Source: a virus
DNA length: 64,000 nucleotides
Virus record (IMG/VR): IMGVR_UViG_3300022602_000051
Span: 33,957-97,956 of that record
Direction: 5' to 3' (one strand)
Below the pieces are notes generated by a model. It did not search any database. It had not been told where the DNA came from and saw nothing but the letters and a program-made list of their open reading frames with translations. Position 1 is the first letter of the stretch. Each line of letters starts with the position of its first letter. Positions 41,909 to 51,210 of the stretch are shown here, piece by piece. Position numbers and translations under genes: made by a program.

Positions 41909-43014
41909 CTGTTGTAATGACCCTTCGCAATCCGCTTGATAAAACGGATGTGTTTCCTGTATTCATTGAACCCAATGATACACAACTTGCTCGTGATTGG
42001 GAAGCAGCATTATCTCTTGAAATACAGCGCAATGCTATTTTAGAAAAGAATTATTGCTGGCATGGCTGGCCAAATGGTGCAAGAAATTTAGAATATCTTA
42101 CGAGTGAATTAAGTCGCCATGCACTTAACATTTGGAAATATAATGAACTTGGTATTTGGCAATCAGCAGGATTAAAGAATGTTGTTATCGAAACAGTTTA
42201 CACACCAGAAACTGTTATGTTGCCATTGACTGATGAACGCAATAGCGGTGGTCCTAATCATGATGTAATGAATATTGTTCACAATCATTTTGAGCATCTG
42301 CAAGGAACTGTTGAAAATCTAAGTCTTTACTATAAACTTGCTCCGCCTAATATCAAATATAGCATCAGGCAATTAAACAATCTTTGCCATGAAATTGAAA
42401 CTCTTTGTTTAAGTTTGCGTAAACAAAAACACAATCCAGATTGGGTGCGCCCATCGCAAATTACAACATTTCTTAATGCAAAGAGATATAATTTAACCGA
42501 AGAACATCGTCGTGGATTTTTAACCAATGGTCATGATAGAAAATTTGGTCATGTTTATATGCACTGGACACAAATTGGCAAGACGCTTATGGAAGTATTC
42601 CGTGACGAAGGTGCTCCACATCTTGACCAAGCTACATGCGATGTTATTACTCATTTGCAATATTATAGTGGTGAATTTGATATTGAATGGGGTCGTGATG
42701 TTTGTTATGGAACGCATGATTGGCACACTAAAGAACAAGACCAATTCTACGAATGGTTGCGTCGTGAAGGATATGATCCACACGATACATCACTAAGTCT
42801 TGGTTACCTTGAAATTGGAAAGATTGATTTGGAAATGAGTTTTGGCACAAGCGATGTTGCCGAGATTTGGAAAATCATGGGCGATCATCTTGACATTTAT
42901 AGTCTTGAAGTAGATGGTAACCATGCTATCTATGATTATTCTTGGGCAGACGAGGATCATGAACAGCGGCAAATCAATTATTTGATGCCAGGTTATAATA
43001 GTCACAATGTTTGA
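41905..43014 (+). CDS. Hypothetical protein in the radical SAM operon
   Basis: 369-aa ORF coupled (ATGA) to rSAM 6; His-rich motifs HNHFEHL and CHEIE. Confidence 0.75.
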   Translation: MTVVMTLRNPLDKTDVFPVFIEPNDTQLARDWEAALSLEIQRNAILEKNYCWHGWPNGARNLEYLTSELSRHALNIWKYNELGIWQSAGLKNVVIETVYTPETVMLPLTDERNSGGPNHDVMNIVHNHFEHLQGTVENLSLYYKLAPPNIKYSIRQLNNLCHEIETLCLSLRKQKHNPDWVRPSQITTFLNAKRYNLTEEHRRGFLTNGHDRKFGHVYMHWTQIGKTLMEVFRDEGAPHLDQATCDVITHLQYYSGEFDIEWGRDVCYGTHDWHTKEQDQFYEWLRREGYDPHDTSLSLGYLEIGKIDLEMSFGTSDVAEIWKIMGDHLDIYSLEVDGNHAIYDYSWADEDHEQRQINYLMPGYNSHNV

Positions 43015-45277
43015 TATCTATTGGTATGACTATGATGATTGTAGTGATATTAAGCACTTAATAAAAAGTGCTGTAGAGAGTAGTCGCACTGAATATGTAT
43101 GGCTTGCACATAAAGCAGTAGACTATTCTAATTTTAATTGGCGGTGGATGCCTAACTATCATCAAAAGCATTTCTATCATGCGTGGCCAAGTCATAATAA
43201 TCCTAATTGTTTGACTACATGGCTTATACCTGTTGATAAGGCGTTTGAAGATACCCAAAAAGTATTTCATGATAATATTTTACCAATTATAAAACCGCCT
43301 GTATGGAATACAAGTGACCAAGTTTTGTATGATGGTTTTAATTGGAACTGGTATCCTGATGTATGGGATTGGGATAAGCAGCATCATTTCGCAATGGGCG
43401 GCACCACTCAATTATCTTATACAAGCGTTGGTAATGGTAGTGAAATAAAATATCATATTTCCGATTTGCAGTTTAAAGCTATAGGTATTTGGTATGACAC
43501 TGACAACATTGAAAGTTCACCCTATGAATGGACTTGGATTGCTGACAATCGTATAGATTACACGGATTTTAACTGGAGTTGGTTGCCTGATAGATGGGAT
43601 GCAGATGCAATACATGAATTTTGTATGTATAATTCACAGCATCTTTCATATACTCGTTTGGTGAATAAAAACAATAACGGCAAACGTGTATTTCATCATT
43701 CATACTTGCAATTCAAACCTAATGTTACACCCCTTATATATTGGCAAGATTTCTTTGATGAATTATCACTTGATAATCTTCGGCAACTTGCGCAAGGCAA
43801 TGAATGGACTTGGATAGCCGATAAGCGAATTGATTATAGCGATTGGAATTTTGATTGGCTTCCTGATGGATGGGATACAAAGTATATTCATTGCTTTACT
43901 ATGGAAAACAAAGACCAATTAAGCTATACCTGGTTAGTGCATCGTGATGCAATTACTGATTTCGTAGATTACAAATATCATCAATCGCAATTAAAATTCA
44001 AAGATGCACATGCTGACATGTGTTTGTTAAACACTAATTCTTTTAGTAATATTATTCACAAAGATTTCCAAGTGCGACTTATAACAACTATGGAAGAAGC
44101 AATTAAGTCCGCCGTAGCAAAAAGTAAGCGCGAATGGTTATGGATTTTTAGTGATGTTTGTGAATATAATGATTTTGATTGGACATGGTTGCCAGACCTT
44201 GATCAACGCGACCAAATACATTGTTGGCCAAGCGGCACGTGTGAAAAGGGCGATACATTTTTAATACATGTTCCCAGTTTTAATCCACATAAACTAAAGT
44301 TTAATTTTGAACATGAACCAGTTATTCGCAAACGCTGGCCAGTTGTTAGCATTACGCACGATAGTTTAGCAGAAGAACTTAATGCTACTCCGCGTCTAAG
44401 TTCAATTTATACAATCTATTCCTATACAGGCTTTACAGATTATCCAGATGTTTGTTTATGGGATAAGCGACCAGTTGTTAGCCTGAATCGCAGCAATAGC
44501 AGTTGCCTTGTTCCGCGTGATTGCATTGTGCAAAAAGAAATATATGAATATCCACACTTGTTACGGCATCCGCAATACGGATTTGATATTCCAATTGATA
44601 TTATTTTTATTCATAATAATGAAAACTGTGTAGCGCAAAACTGGGTGCGATTAAAAGCACTATGTCAACATGCAAAAATATTAAGCGGTATAAATGGCAG
44701 ATTAAAAGCATATCAAAGTGCTGCAAGCATAAGTGAATCGCCGTGGTTTATAGCTGTGTTTGCGAAGTGCTATGTAAAAAATGATTTAGCAAATATAAAA
44801 TGGCAACCAGATTATTGGCAAGAACCTAAACATTATATTTTTCACAATCATAATTTAAACAATGATTTGATTTATGGTCATATGGCACCAATTGCTTATA
44901 ACAAAAAGCTGATGTTGGGCAATGAAGGCGGTCTTGATATGACGCTTGCTCAAAAACACACCACTGTTCCAATAGTTTTAAGTGAAACTGATTTATCGCC
45001 TGATTATTTCTTAATTTGGCGCACGGCATTTCGTGAAGTTATCAAAATTCTTCACTATAATAATAGCAATCCAAGTGTTGAGAATGAATATAGACTACAT
45101 AATTGGTTTAATGTAAGTCGTGGTGTGAATTGTGATTGGCAAATAAAAGCCGCGCATGATGCAAAAAATTATTATTACGCTTGTAATGGCAATAATGATG
45201 CACTTTTGCTTACCAGTGAATGGGATTGGCTTTCAGCACTTTTCAATAGTCTTTATAAGGATGAAATTACTGTTTGA
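43007..45277 (+). CDS. Trp-rich repeat protein with C-terminal GT-A-like domain
   Basis: Five W-x-W...DY.DF.W.W.PD...IH repeats; the C-terminus (IDIIFIH..E...GINGRLKAYQSAA...YGH...TAFRE) parallels ORF 32872. Confidence 0.65.
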   Translation: MFDIYWYDYDDCSDIKHLIKSAVESSRTEYVWLAHKAVDYSNFNWRWMPNYHQKHFYHAWPSHNNPNCLTTWLIPVDKAFEDTQKVFHDNILPIIKPPVWNTSDQVLYDGFNWNWYPDVWDWDKQHHFAMGGTTQLSYTSVGNGSEIKYHISDLQFKAIGIWYDTDNIESSPYEWTWIADNRIDYTDFNWSWLPDRWDADAIHEFCMYNSQHLSYTRLVNKNNNGKRVFHHSYLQFKPNVTPLIYWQDFFDELSLDNLRQLAQGNEWTWIADKRIDYSDWNFDWLPDGWDTKYIHCFTMENKDQLSYTWLVHRDAITDFVDYKYHQSQLKFKDAHADMCLLNTNSFSNIIHKDFQVRLITTMEEAIKSAVAKSKREWLWIFSDVCEYNDFDWTWLPDLDQRDQIHCWPSGTCEKGDTFLIHVPSFNPHKLKFNFEHEPVIRKRWPVVSITHDSLAEELNATPRLSSIYTIYSYTGFTDYPDVCLWDKRPVVSLNRSNSSCLVPRDCIVQKEIYEYPHLLRHPQYGFDIPIDIIFIHNNENCVAQNWVRLKALCQHAKILSGINGRLKAYQSAASISESPWFIAVFAKCYVKNDLANIKWQPDYWQEPKHYIFHNHNLNNDLIYGHMAPIAYNKKLMLGNEGGLDMTLAQKHTTVPIVLSETDLSPDYFLIWRTAFREVIKILHYNNSNPSVENEYRLHNWFNVSRGVNCDWQIKAAHDAKNYYYACNGNNDALLLTSEWDWLSALFNSLYKDEITV

Positions 45278-46365
45278 ATAACTGTTTCAACTTGTTCATC
45301 AGTTAAATGCCAGTGGCTTGGTAAACTTATTACACGTTCGGCATTAGTAATATATTCTGCTTGCGGACACAATTGATAACCATAACATTTAACAAATGGT
45401 TCACGGTTCAACGGCCTTGCATAATGACTACTATATTCTATATCAGCAGCCTTTAGTGCTGCTTTCACTCTATCTTGACGCAGTGGTGCTAAACTAAATG
45501 AATAATAATTCCATGTAGCCCAATCTTTTCGCATTGGTATATCTAATGCTTCGGTATGTTTAATAAACGCATTATAATAGCGTTCACAAATTGCAAGCTT
45601 GCGTGGCAGATGATCTTCATAGTAAGGAACTTTGGCAACAAGTGTAGCCGCTTGTGTTGATAACATGCGACAATTAAGACCAGGTAATTCTATTTGACCA
45701 TAAGGTCCGCCTTCTATCTTACCCATAGTGCATGTGCCACTCAATATAGATGGATGAATTGTTTTACTCACAACAGCACCGCCGCCACTGCCACCAAGAT
45801 TTTTAAGTGGATTAAAGCTTAAACAAATAGCATCAGCGATTGTTTGGCCATACGCTTTTGTGCATAATCCAAAACTATGTGCAGCATCAATAATCCATTT
45901 GATATTATGGTCATCACACCATTTGCGAACACGAGATAAGTCAACGCCTTGACCATATAAATCAACAGTGATAAGAGTGCTAATCTCTCCACCATATTTG
46001 GTATACATTTCATCGAGCAGTTCAATGTCCAATAACCAACTGTTATCAATATCAACAAAGGTTGGGATACAACCTACTGCCATAACTGCTTGAGCGGTAG
46101 CTGCATATGTTAGTGCTGGCATTAGCACACGCGAACCACGCTTTGTATAAAGAGCCATTAGTGCAGCAATAAGTGAACTGGTTCCACTGTTAGTGAGTTC
46201 AACATGCGCATCATTATATTTTACACGAATATATCGTGCAACAGCATCGTGTGCTTCGCCGCTATAAAATTGTCCGCTTTTAAAAGCAGATTGCATACCA
46301 CCAAGTATGTAACTTTTACAATCTTCGTATTGTTCTTTAAGATTGTAATAATTTATTGATGCCAT
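45253..46365 (-). CDS. DegT/DnrJ/EryC1/StrS-family PLP-dependent sugar aminotransferase
   Basis: NSGTSSL, PALTYAATA, VDLYGQ, IDAAHSFG, SFNPLKNLGG (PLP lysine), ISLP. Confidence 0.9.
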   Translation of the reverse strand: MASINYYNLKEQYEDCKSYILGGMQSAFKSGQFYSGEAHDAVARYIRVKYNDAHVELTNSGTSSLIAALMALYTKRGSRVLMPALTYAATAQAVMAVGCIPTFVDIDNSWLLDIELLDEMYTKYGGEISTLITVDLYGQGVDLSRVRKWCDDHNIKWIIDAAHSFGLCTKAYGQTIADAICLSFNPLKNLGGSGGGAVVSKTIHPSILSGTCTMGKIEGGPYGQIELPGLNCRMLSTQAATLVAKVPYYEDHLPRKLAICERYYNAFIKHTEALDIPMRKDWATWNYYSFSLAPLRQDRVKAALKAADIEYSSHYARPLNREPFVKCYGYQLCPQAEYITNAERVISLPSHWHLTDEQVETVIQTVISSL

Positions 46366-47215
46366 CTTCTAAACTTGTCTTTGGCGTGTAACCAAGGAAT
46401 TGAACTGCACGTCGAGTATTAAGCGAACCACGCTTTGGCATGTTAAATGGAATACCATCGCCATACAAGATTTTGCTTTGGGATTTGGTCCAATCTTTTA
46501 TAATTGTAATAGCATCTTGTAGCGTCCGTGCGCTACCATAACTTACATTAGCAATAAAATTATGTGTATCAAGCACTGCAGCATTTGCAATAGCCTGTGC
46601 TACATCTTCAACATATGTAAAGTCCAACGTGGCTTTAGGATCATCTACATGGATCGTTTCTTGTTTTAAGGCAGCACTTATCCATTTAGAAATAACACGA
46701 TTGCCATCATCGCGGTTTCCATACACCGCCGTGGGGCGAATTATTACCCATTTATTTGCAATAATTCTAACCAATTCTTCGCACATCTTTTTAGCCCTAC
46801 CATAATCATTGATAGGTTTAAGTGGCGCATCTTCTACAATTTCTCCACTCCAATCGCCATAGACCATACTACTTGAAATATAAACCATCTTGGCGTTAGG
46901 ATAAGTTGTCAATAGATGAATAGTGCTTTGCACTGTATTGCGCCAAGCAGCAAGATTGTTTTTATCAAATGTAGCTTGATTTGGTTCGCCAGCAAGATGA
47001 ACAATTACATCTACATCTTGTACAATTGTGCTACTGCAATCAGCATTGATCCATTCATCATAACCAAACTCCATATATCGCCCACGAGCAAGATATAAAT
47101 CAGTATTGATATAACGCAAATCATCAATAACAGTGACACGATGACCACTATCAATAAGACGCTTTACAACATGATGACCAATAAATCCGTAACCACCTGT
47201 CACTAATATATGCAT
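46337..47215 (-). CDS. NAD-dependent nucleotide-sugar epimerase/dehydratase
   Basis: ILVTGGYGFIG, HLAG, SSSMVYG, YGRAK (YxxxK), DFTYVEDVA. Start set to ATG 47215. Confidence 0.9.
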   Translation of the reverse strand: MHILVTGGYGFIGHHVVKRLIDSGHRVTVIDDLRYINTDLYLARGRYMEFGYDEWINADCSSTIVQDVDVIVHLAGEPNQATFDKNNLAAWRNTVQSTIHLLTTYPNAKMVYISSSMVYGDWSGEIVEDAPLKPINDYGRAKKMCEELVRIIANKWVIIRPTAVYGNRDDGNRVISKWISAALKQETIHVDDPKATLDFTYVEDVAQAIANAAVLDTHNFIANVSYGSARTLQDAITIIKDWTKSQSKILYGDGIPFNMPKRGSLNTRRAVQFLGYTPKTSLEDGINKLLQS

Positions 47216-47216
47216 T

Positions 47217-48059
47217 TTACACAGCCATTTCTGCTTTGATTGTAGAATGAGATTGATAGTTTTGTAAAATAATATCATCCATTTTTGCTGTCCATATATC
47301 CGCAACATTACTTAAATCTAATGTAGGATATGGATAAGGTTCACGACCTAATAATTCTAAAACTTGTGGAACATGGTTATTGTAGATATGAACGTCACCA
47401 AATGTAAGAATAAGTTCACCAACTTCTGCACCAATTGTTTTAGCAATAAGATGTGTGAGTAGAGCATAGCTTGCAATATTAAATGGAACGCCCAAGAATA
47501 AATCTGCACTGCGTTGATACATTTGGCAACTTAAAATATTTCTACGAATATAAAACTGTGCAAACATGTGACATGGCGGCAATGCCATTTCTCCCAACTC
47601 ACCTGGGTTCCATGCAGTAATAATATGACGGCGACCATTGGGATCATTCTTTAAGCCATCAACGAGATTTTTTAATTGATCTACTTCAACACCATCTGCA
47701 CTACGCCAGTGACGCCACTGCACACCATATACACGACCCAAATCGCCACTATAAGCAGACTTTGGAAGCCAATAATCTGCGTTAGCATTTGCAGTCCAGA
47801 TTGTTTTTTTGCTTTCATCTCTTGTGCCATGTAGGATTTCTGCCAATCGTCGTTCATCACCACTGCCTTCAATAAACCAAAGTAGTTCACTAACCACACT
47901 TTTCCAAGCAAGTTTTTTAGTAGTCATTGCTGGAAAACCATCTTGTAAGTTAAACCGCAATTGTTCACCAAACAAACTGATAGTTCCTACGCCAGTTCTG
48001 TCTATAACTTGTGGTCCAGTTAGTATAATTTTTTTACATAATTCGTTATAATTTTGCAC
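47217..48059 (-). CDS. thyA: Thymidylate synthase
   Basis: DRTGVGT, ELLWFIEG, LGRVYGVQWR, MALPPCH, YQRSADLFLGVPFNIASY, GDVHIY. GTG 48059 is the probable start. Confidence 0.95.
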   Translation of the reverse strand: MQNYNELCKKIILTGPQVIDRTGVGTISLFGEQLRFNLQDGFPAMTTKKLAWKSVVSELLWFIEGSGDERRLAEILHGTRDESKKTIWTANANADYWLPKSAYSGDLGRVYGVQWRHWRSADGVEVDQLKNLVDGLKNDPNGRRHIITAWNPGELGEMALPPCHMFAQFYIRRNILSCQMYQRSADLFLGVPFNIASYALLTHLIAKTIGAEVGELILTFGDVHIYNNHVPQVLELLGREPYPYPTLDLSNVADIWTAKMDDIILQNYQSHSTIKAEMAV

Positions 48060-48543
48060 GTGTCCACACCGAGAATACTTTATCTTTGCCATATGTTTCA
48101 TAATTCATCACATATGAGTCTAATAAATCTAACACATTTAACTTAATATCGCAATTAAAATTATTATCAAATGTTGTAAGATATATCTGTTCAAACAGAT
48201 GTTTGGTGCTTTCAATCAATTTAGCACCACCAATAATCCAAACATCTTTGTTGGGATGTTGTAATTTTAAAACTTCTAAACTTGGAAGTAGGGCACTACC
48301 CGCTATAACATCATGTGCATCCGCAAAGTTTTCAATTGATTGATTTGTTACAACAACACAATGTCTATCAGGAAGTGGTTTGGGCATTTTAGGATCACAC
48401 CACGTGTTGCTGCCCATTACAACCACGTGTCCTTTAGTATTACTACTAAACCATTGCATGTCCTGTTTATCGTGTGGCCATGGAAGGGTTCCATCTTTAC
48501 CCATACCACCTTCAATATCAGTAGCAAAGATGGCTTTGAACAT
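48046..48543 (-). CDS. folA: Dihydrofolate reductase
   Basis: GMGKDGTLPW..D..WF, VVMGSNTW, KPLPDR, WIIGGA. Confidence 0.9.
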   Translation of the reverse strand: MFKAIFATDIEGGMGKDGTLPWPHDKQDMQWFSSNTKGHVVVMGSNTWCDPKMPKPLPDRHCVVVTNQSIENFADAHDVIAGSALLPSLEVLKLQHPNKDVWIIGGAKLIESTKHLFEQIYLTTFDNNFNCDIKLNVLDLLDSYVMNYETYGKDKVFSVWTRAKL

Positions 48544-48848
48544 TAGTCTAACAATCTATTGGTTTCTGTTTCAACTTCTTCTGCAATTGCGCTGATATTC
48601 AAATGGAAGTCAACACAATCAATATCATCTGCATACATTTCAAGATAGGTTTCTATCAACATTTCAATTTCAGAAAATTCCATGCCTCTTTCAAGCATGA
48701 CTTTAATGTCAAAACTGTGTGATTGACCATCATTAAAAGATGCACTTATTGATTTTATAAAACGAATGGGAACATCTGAAATTTCTACGGAAGAAATTAG
48801 GTGTTCCCATCTGTTAAAAAATTCATCGCTAAAATTATTATCAGGCAC
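48543..48848 (-). CDS. Hypothetical protein
   Basis: Acidic ORF; probable GTG start at 48848 overlapping the upstream stop. Confidence 0.65.
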   Translation of the reverse strand: MPDNNFSDEFFNRWEHLISSVEISDVPIRFIKSISASFNDGQSHSFDIKVMLERGMEFSEIEMLIETYLEMYADDIDCVDFHLNISAIAEEVETETNRLLD

Positions 48849-49506
48849 TGGTCTTGGTCTTAGCAGTCTTTGCAGGAGCCTTTTTAGCAGTAGCCTTAAC
48901 AACTACTGGTTTAGCACCTTGAAGTTCATTAAGCTGCTTTTGCATGCCTTGCATAGTCTTCATCATTTCCATCATAACCGCAGTCATATCTGGAGCAGTG
49001 GCTGGTGCTGGCGCAACAGTTGCTTCTGCAATACCAAGATCGGCAGCCGTGACACTTTCACTTACCATTGCATCTGTTGCTGCTGTCTTAGCTGGATCAT
49101 TAAAGCCTTGCTGATTTTCCATACGTTCAAGACGTGAAACTGCTTCTGGACCCTTACCAACTTGATTAAGAAGTTTGGTAAGTTCATCAAGACGGATGCT
49201 GCTTTTGCTATTTGGTGTTACCATAACATTAGCTGCTGGCACACGCTTAAGGTAATTTTCAGCACTTAGTGCTTGTAGCATGTTCATTCCATCTGCCATC
49301 ATGCGGCGTTCAAGAATATCACGGAACTCATATGCTTGCTGACCTTCATCACTTTCAAGAACCTTCATGACATCATCATGATACTTGCTTGGCATGATAT
49401 CACTATAAATGACAACTGCCATATGATCTTCGTCACCGCTTAATTGACGCTGTACAATGATAACCTTTTTACCATTGACGCTGCCTACGTGTTTAAAAAA
49501 ACTCAT
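48841..49506 (-). CDS. Hypothetical protein with Lys/Ala-rich C-terminal tail
   Basis: 221-aa ORF; GAGG SD; ends KATAKKAPAKTAKTKTSA. Confidence 0.75.
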   Translation of the reverse strand: MSFFKHVGSVNGKKVIIVQRQLSGDEDHMAVVIYSDIMPSKYHDDVMKVLESDEGQQAYEFRDILERRMMADGMNMLQALSAENYLKRVPAANVMVTPNSKSSIRLDELTKLLNQVGKGPEAVSRLERMENQQGFNDPAKTAATDAMVSESVTAADLGIAEATVAPAPATAPDMTAVMMEMMKTMQGMQKQLNELQGAKPVVVKATAKKAPAKTAKTKTSA

Positions 49507-49724
49507 TGATTTACTTCCTCTATTGGTTGTTCTGGTGCTGGTTGTGGATTATTAGCAACGATAAATGCTTTTACCTTATCATAAACTGCACCTACGCTAC
49601 TTAATTCTTCTGCACGGAAAGCACCACGCTGTGCAACTGTTTCTACAATTTGAACCAAGAAAGCAATATCATTGATAGTAACACTTGGCGGTGTTGCAGG
49701 AACATTAGTATTTTCGTCTGTCAT
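49503..49724 (-). CDS. Small hypothetical protein
   Basis: GGAG SD; late core TAAATA at 49743-48 (-). Confidence 0.7.
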   Translation of the reverse strand: MTDENTNVPATPPSVTINDIAFLVQIVETVAQRGAFRAEELSSVGAVYDKVKAFIVANNPQPAPEQPIEEVNQ

Positions 49725-49757
49725 TATAATCTCCGTTTTTATTATTTAATATAATAA

Positions 49758-49788
49758 AAAAGGCTCCGAAAATTTTTCGGAGCCTTTT
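49758..49788 (-). terminator. Rho-independent terminator (symmetric, potentially bidirectional)
   Basis: Perfect 15-bp inverted repeat AAAAGGCTCCGAAAA-T-TTTTCGGAGCCTTTT downstream of the VWA gene. Confidence 0.85.
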
Positions 49789-49824
49789 GAGACTGCAAAC
49801 AATAGGAGCGAAAAGACAGTCTCA
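49788..49824 (-). other. 3'-UTR hairpin with anti-SD loop
   Basis: 8-bp stem TGAGACTG/CAGTCTCA including the stop codon; the loop (- strand) contains CTCCTAT. Confidence 0.6.
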
Positions 49825-51084
49825 GTCTTCGTAGTAAGCGTGAACACCAAATGGTGGTTGAATGTTCTTGTTATACTTGTTATGGATAATCCATACAGTA
49901 TCACAATAGTTTTCATCACCCCATGAACCAAATGGTTCACCATCGGTAAACACGATGAACAGTTTAGGTTCAATGCTTTCGTGTTCCATCCACCGCCAAT
50001 TCACATCAAAGTCAGTGCCACCAAAACCTCTTGGCTCATAGTTTACAAGTTCATCGCCATCAGCAGTGGTGTAATCTTGTGGGTTATGAACCTGTGTATC
50101 AAAGCACCAAATCTTTATCTTGTAATCATCATAAGATTGCATGATACCATTGATTTCACTGAAGAACGCAGTCAATTGTTCTTGACCAATTGAACCACTG
50201 GTATCAATAGCAACGCAAACATCAATGGCTTGATCCTTACGCATGTTAGGCAGAACAAATCCTTGCGAGAACATTTTCTTGTTAGGAATAGTCCAAGTGT
50301 AATCATTCTTTACAGTAGATTGAATTTGCTGTGTAATGAGTTCACGCCAGTTGATTTTAGGTTGCGTGAGTTCATTGATCATACGCTTGACATTGCCAGG
50401 AACATCGCCAGCGCCAGTGCTTTGTGCAGCAGCAAGCATTGCTTCCTTGAACTCGTCTTTGATCTTTTGGCGTTCTTCTTGTGAAAGAACAGGACGACCA
50501 TTGCCGCCCTTATCACCACTGTCATTACCATTACCATTGCCATCACCGTCTTTATCGGCTTCAAGATGGTCATCAAGCAACTGGTCAAGCAAATCTTCGA
50601 TATTGAGTTTCTGTGCGTTTTTGATCAAGTCATCATAGACTTGTTCAAAGTTCCAGTCATCATACTTGCGATCATAGAGAACAGGCACAACTGTAATTTT
50701 TTGACCAAGGGTATACTTTATGCAGTCAGCATTGACCACATAATCCATTGCAATGTTTGCAAGGTCTTTTTGTTTGCCAATACCACGATTGATATGGTCA
50801 TAAGCGCAATGAAGCAACTCATGGCAAAACAAGAACATCATTTGATTTGTAGGAAGCTTGAGGATGAAATCGCTGTTGTAATAGAAATGGCGACCATCGG
50901 TTGCGGCAGTGGTCAGCCAGCTATCGGCATTGACCAGTTTGAGCCGCATGGCAAGATTACCAAAAAACGGTTGTTTAATAACAAGCGCAATACGCGCCTT
51001 GAGGATTGCTTGACGAGCATCGTGGTCAACCTTTGGGTCAACCGTATCGGACAGTTTGCCGCTACCTTGTTTCATTTTAGCCAT
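49822..51084 (-). CDS. DUF2201-like metallopeptidase plus VWA domain protein
   Basis: PFFG...TAATDG...HELLH (HExxH); DTSGS MIDAS; GGTDF; FTDG. ATG 51084 with AGGAG SD. Confidence 0.85.
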   Translation of the reverse strand: MAKMKQGSGKLSDTVDPKVDHDARQAILKARIALVIKQPFFGNLAMRLKLVNADSWLTTAATDGRHFYYNSDFILKLPTNQMMFLFCHELLHCAYDHINRGIGKQKDLANIAMDYVVNADCIKYTLGQKITVVPVLYDRKYDDWNFEQVYDDLIKNAQKLNIEDLLDQLLDDHLEADKDGDGNGNGNDSGDKGGNGRPVLSQEERQKIKDEFKEAMLAAAQSTGAGDVPGNVKRMINELTQPKINWRELITQQIQSTVKNDYTWTIPNKKMFSQGFVLPNMRKDQAIDVCVAIDTSGSIGQEQLTAFFSEINGIMQSYDDYKIKIWCFDTQVHNPQDYTTADGDELVNYEPRGFGGTDFDVNWRWMEHESIEPKLFIVFTDGEPFGSWGDENYCDTVWIIHNKYNKNIQPPFGVHAYYED

Positions 51085-51107
51085 GTTTGTTCTCCTATCT
51101 ATATTAT

Positions 51108-51135
51108 ATAATAACACGGATTTGTATAATGTCAA
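51108..51135 (-). promoter_or_regulatory. sigma70-type early promoter
   Basis: cTTGACA-N16-TATTAT with TG extension. Confidence 0.7.
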
Positions 51136-51138
51136 GAG

Positions 51139-51174
51139 AAAAAAATAGGGGGGTAGTTGCGGCTACCACCCTAT
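51139..51174 (-). terminator. Rho-independent terminator
   Basis: ATAGGG-T-GGTAG-CCGCAA-CTACC-C-CCCTAT followed by a T-tract on the - strand. Confidence 0.8.
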
Positions 51175-51176
51175 AA

Positions 51177-51209
51177 CTCGCCCTCACTGATGGAGAACGA
51201 TGGGGCGAG
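51177..51209 (-). other. 3'-UTR hairpin whose loop is complementary to the gene's own RBS
   Basis: Stem CTCGCCC/GGGCGAG; the loop contains TTCTCCATCAGT, the exact complement of the leader ACTGATGGAGAA (52344-52355). Confidence 0.7.
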
Positions 51210-51210
51210 A

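Noticed and set aside
47217-48059. ThyA homologue as a dCMP hydroxymethylase for DNA hypermodification
   Set aside because: It retains the canonical dUMP-specific PFN Asn and sits next to DHFR.
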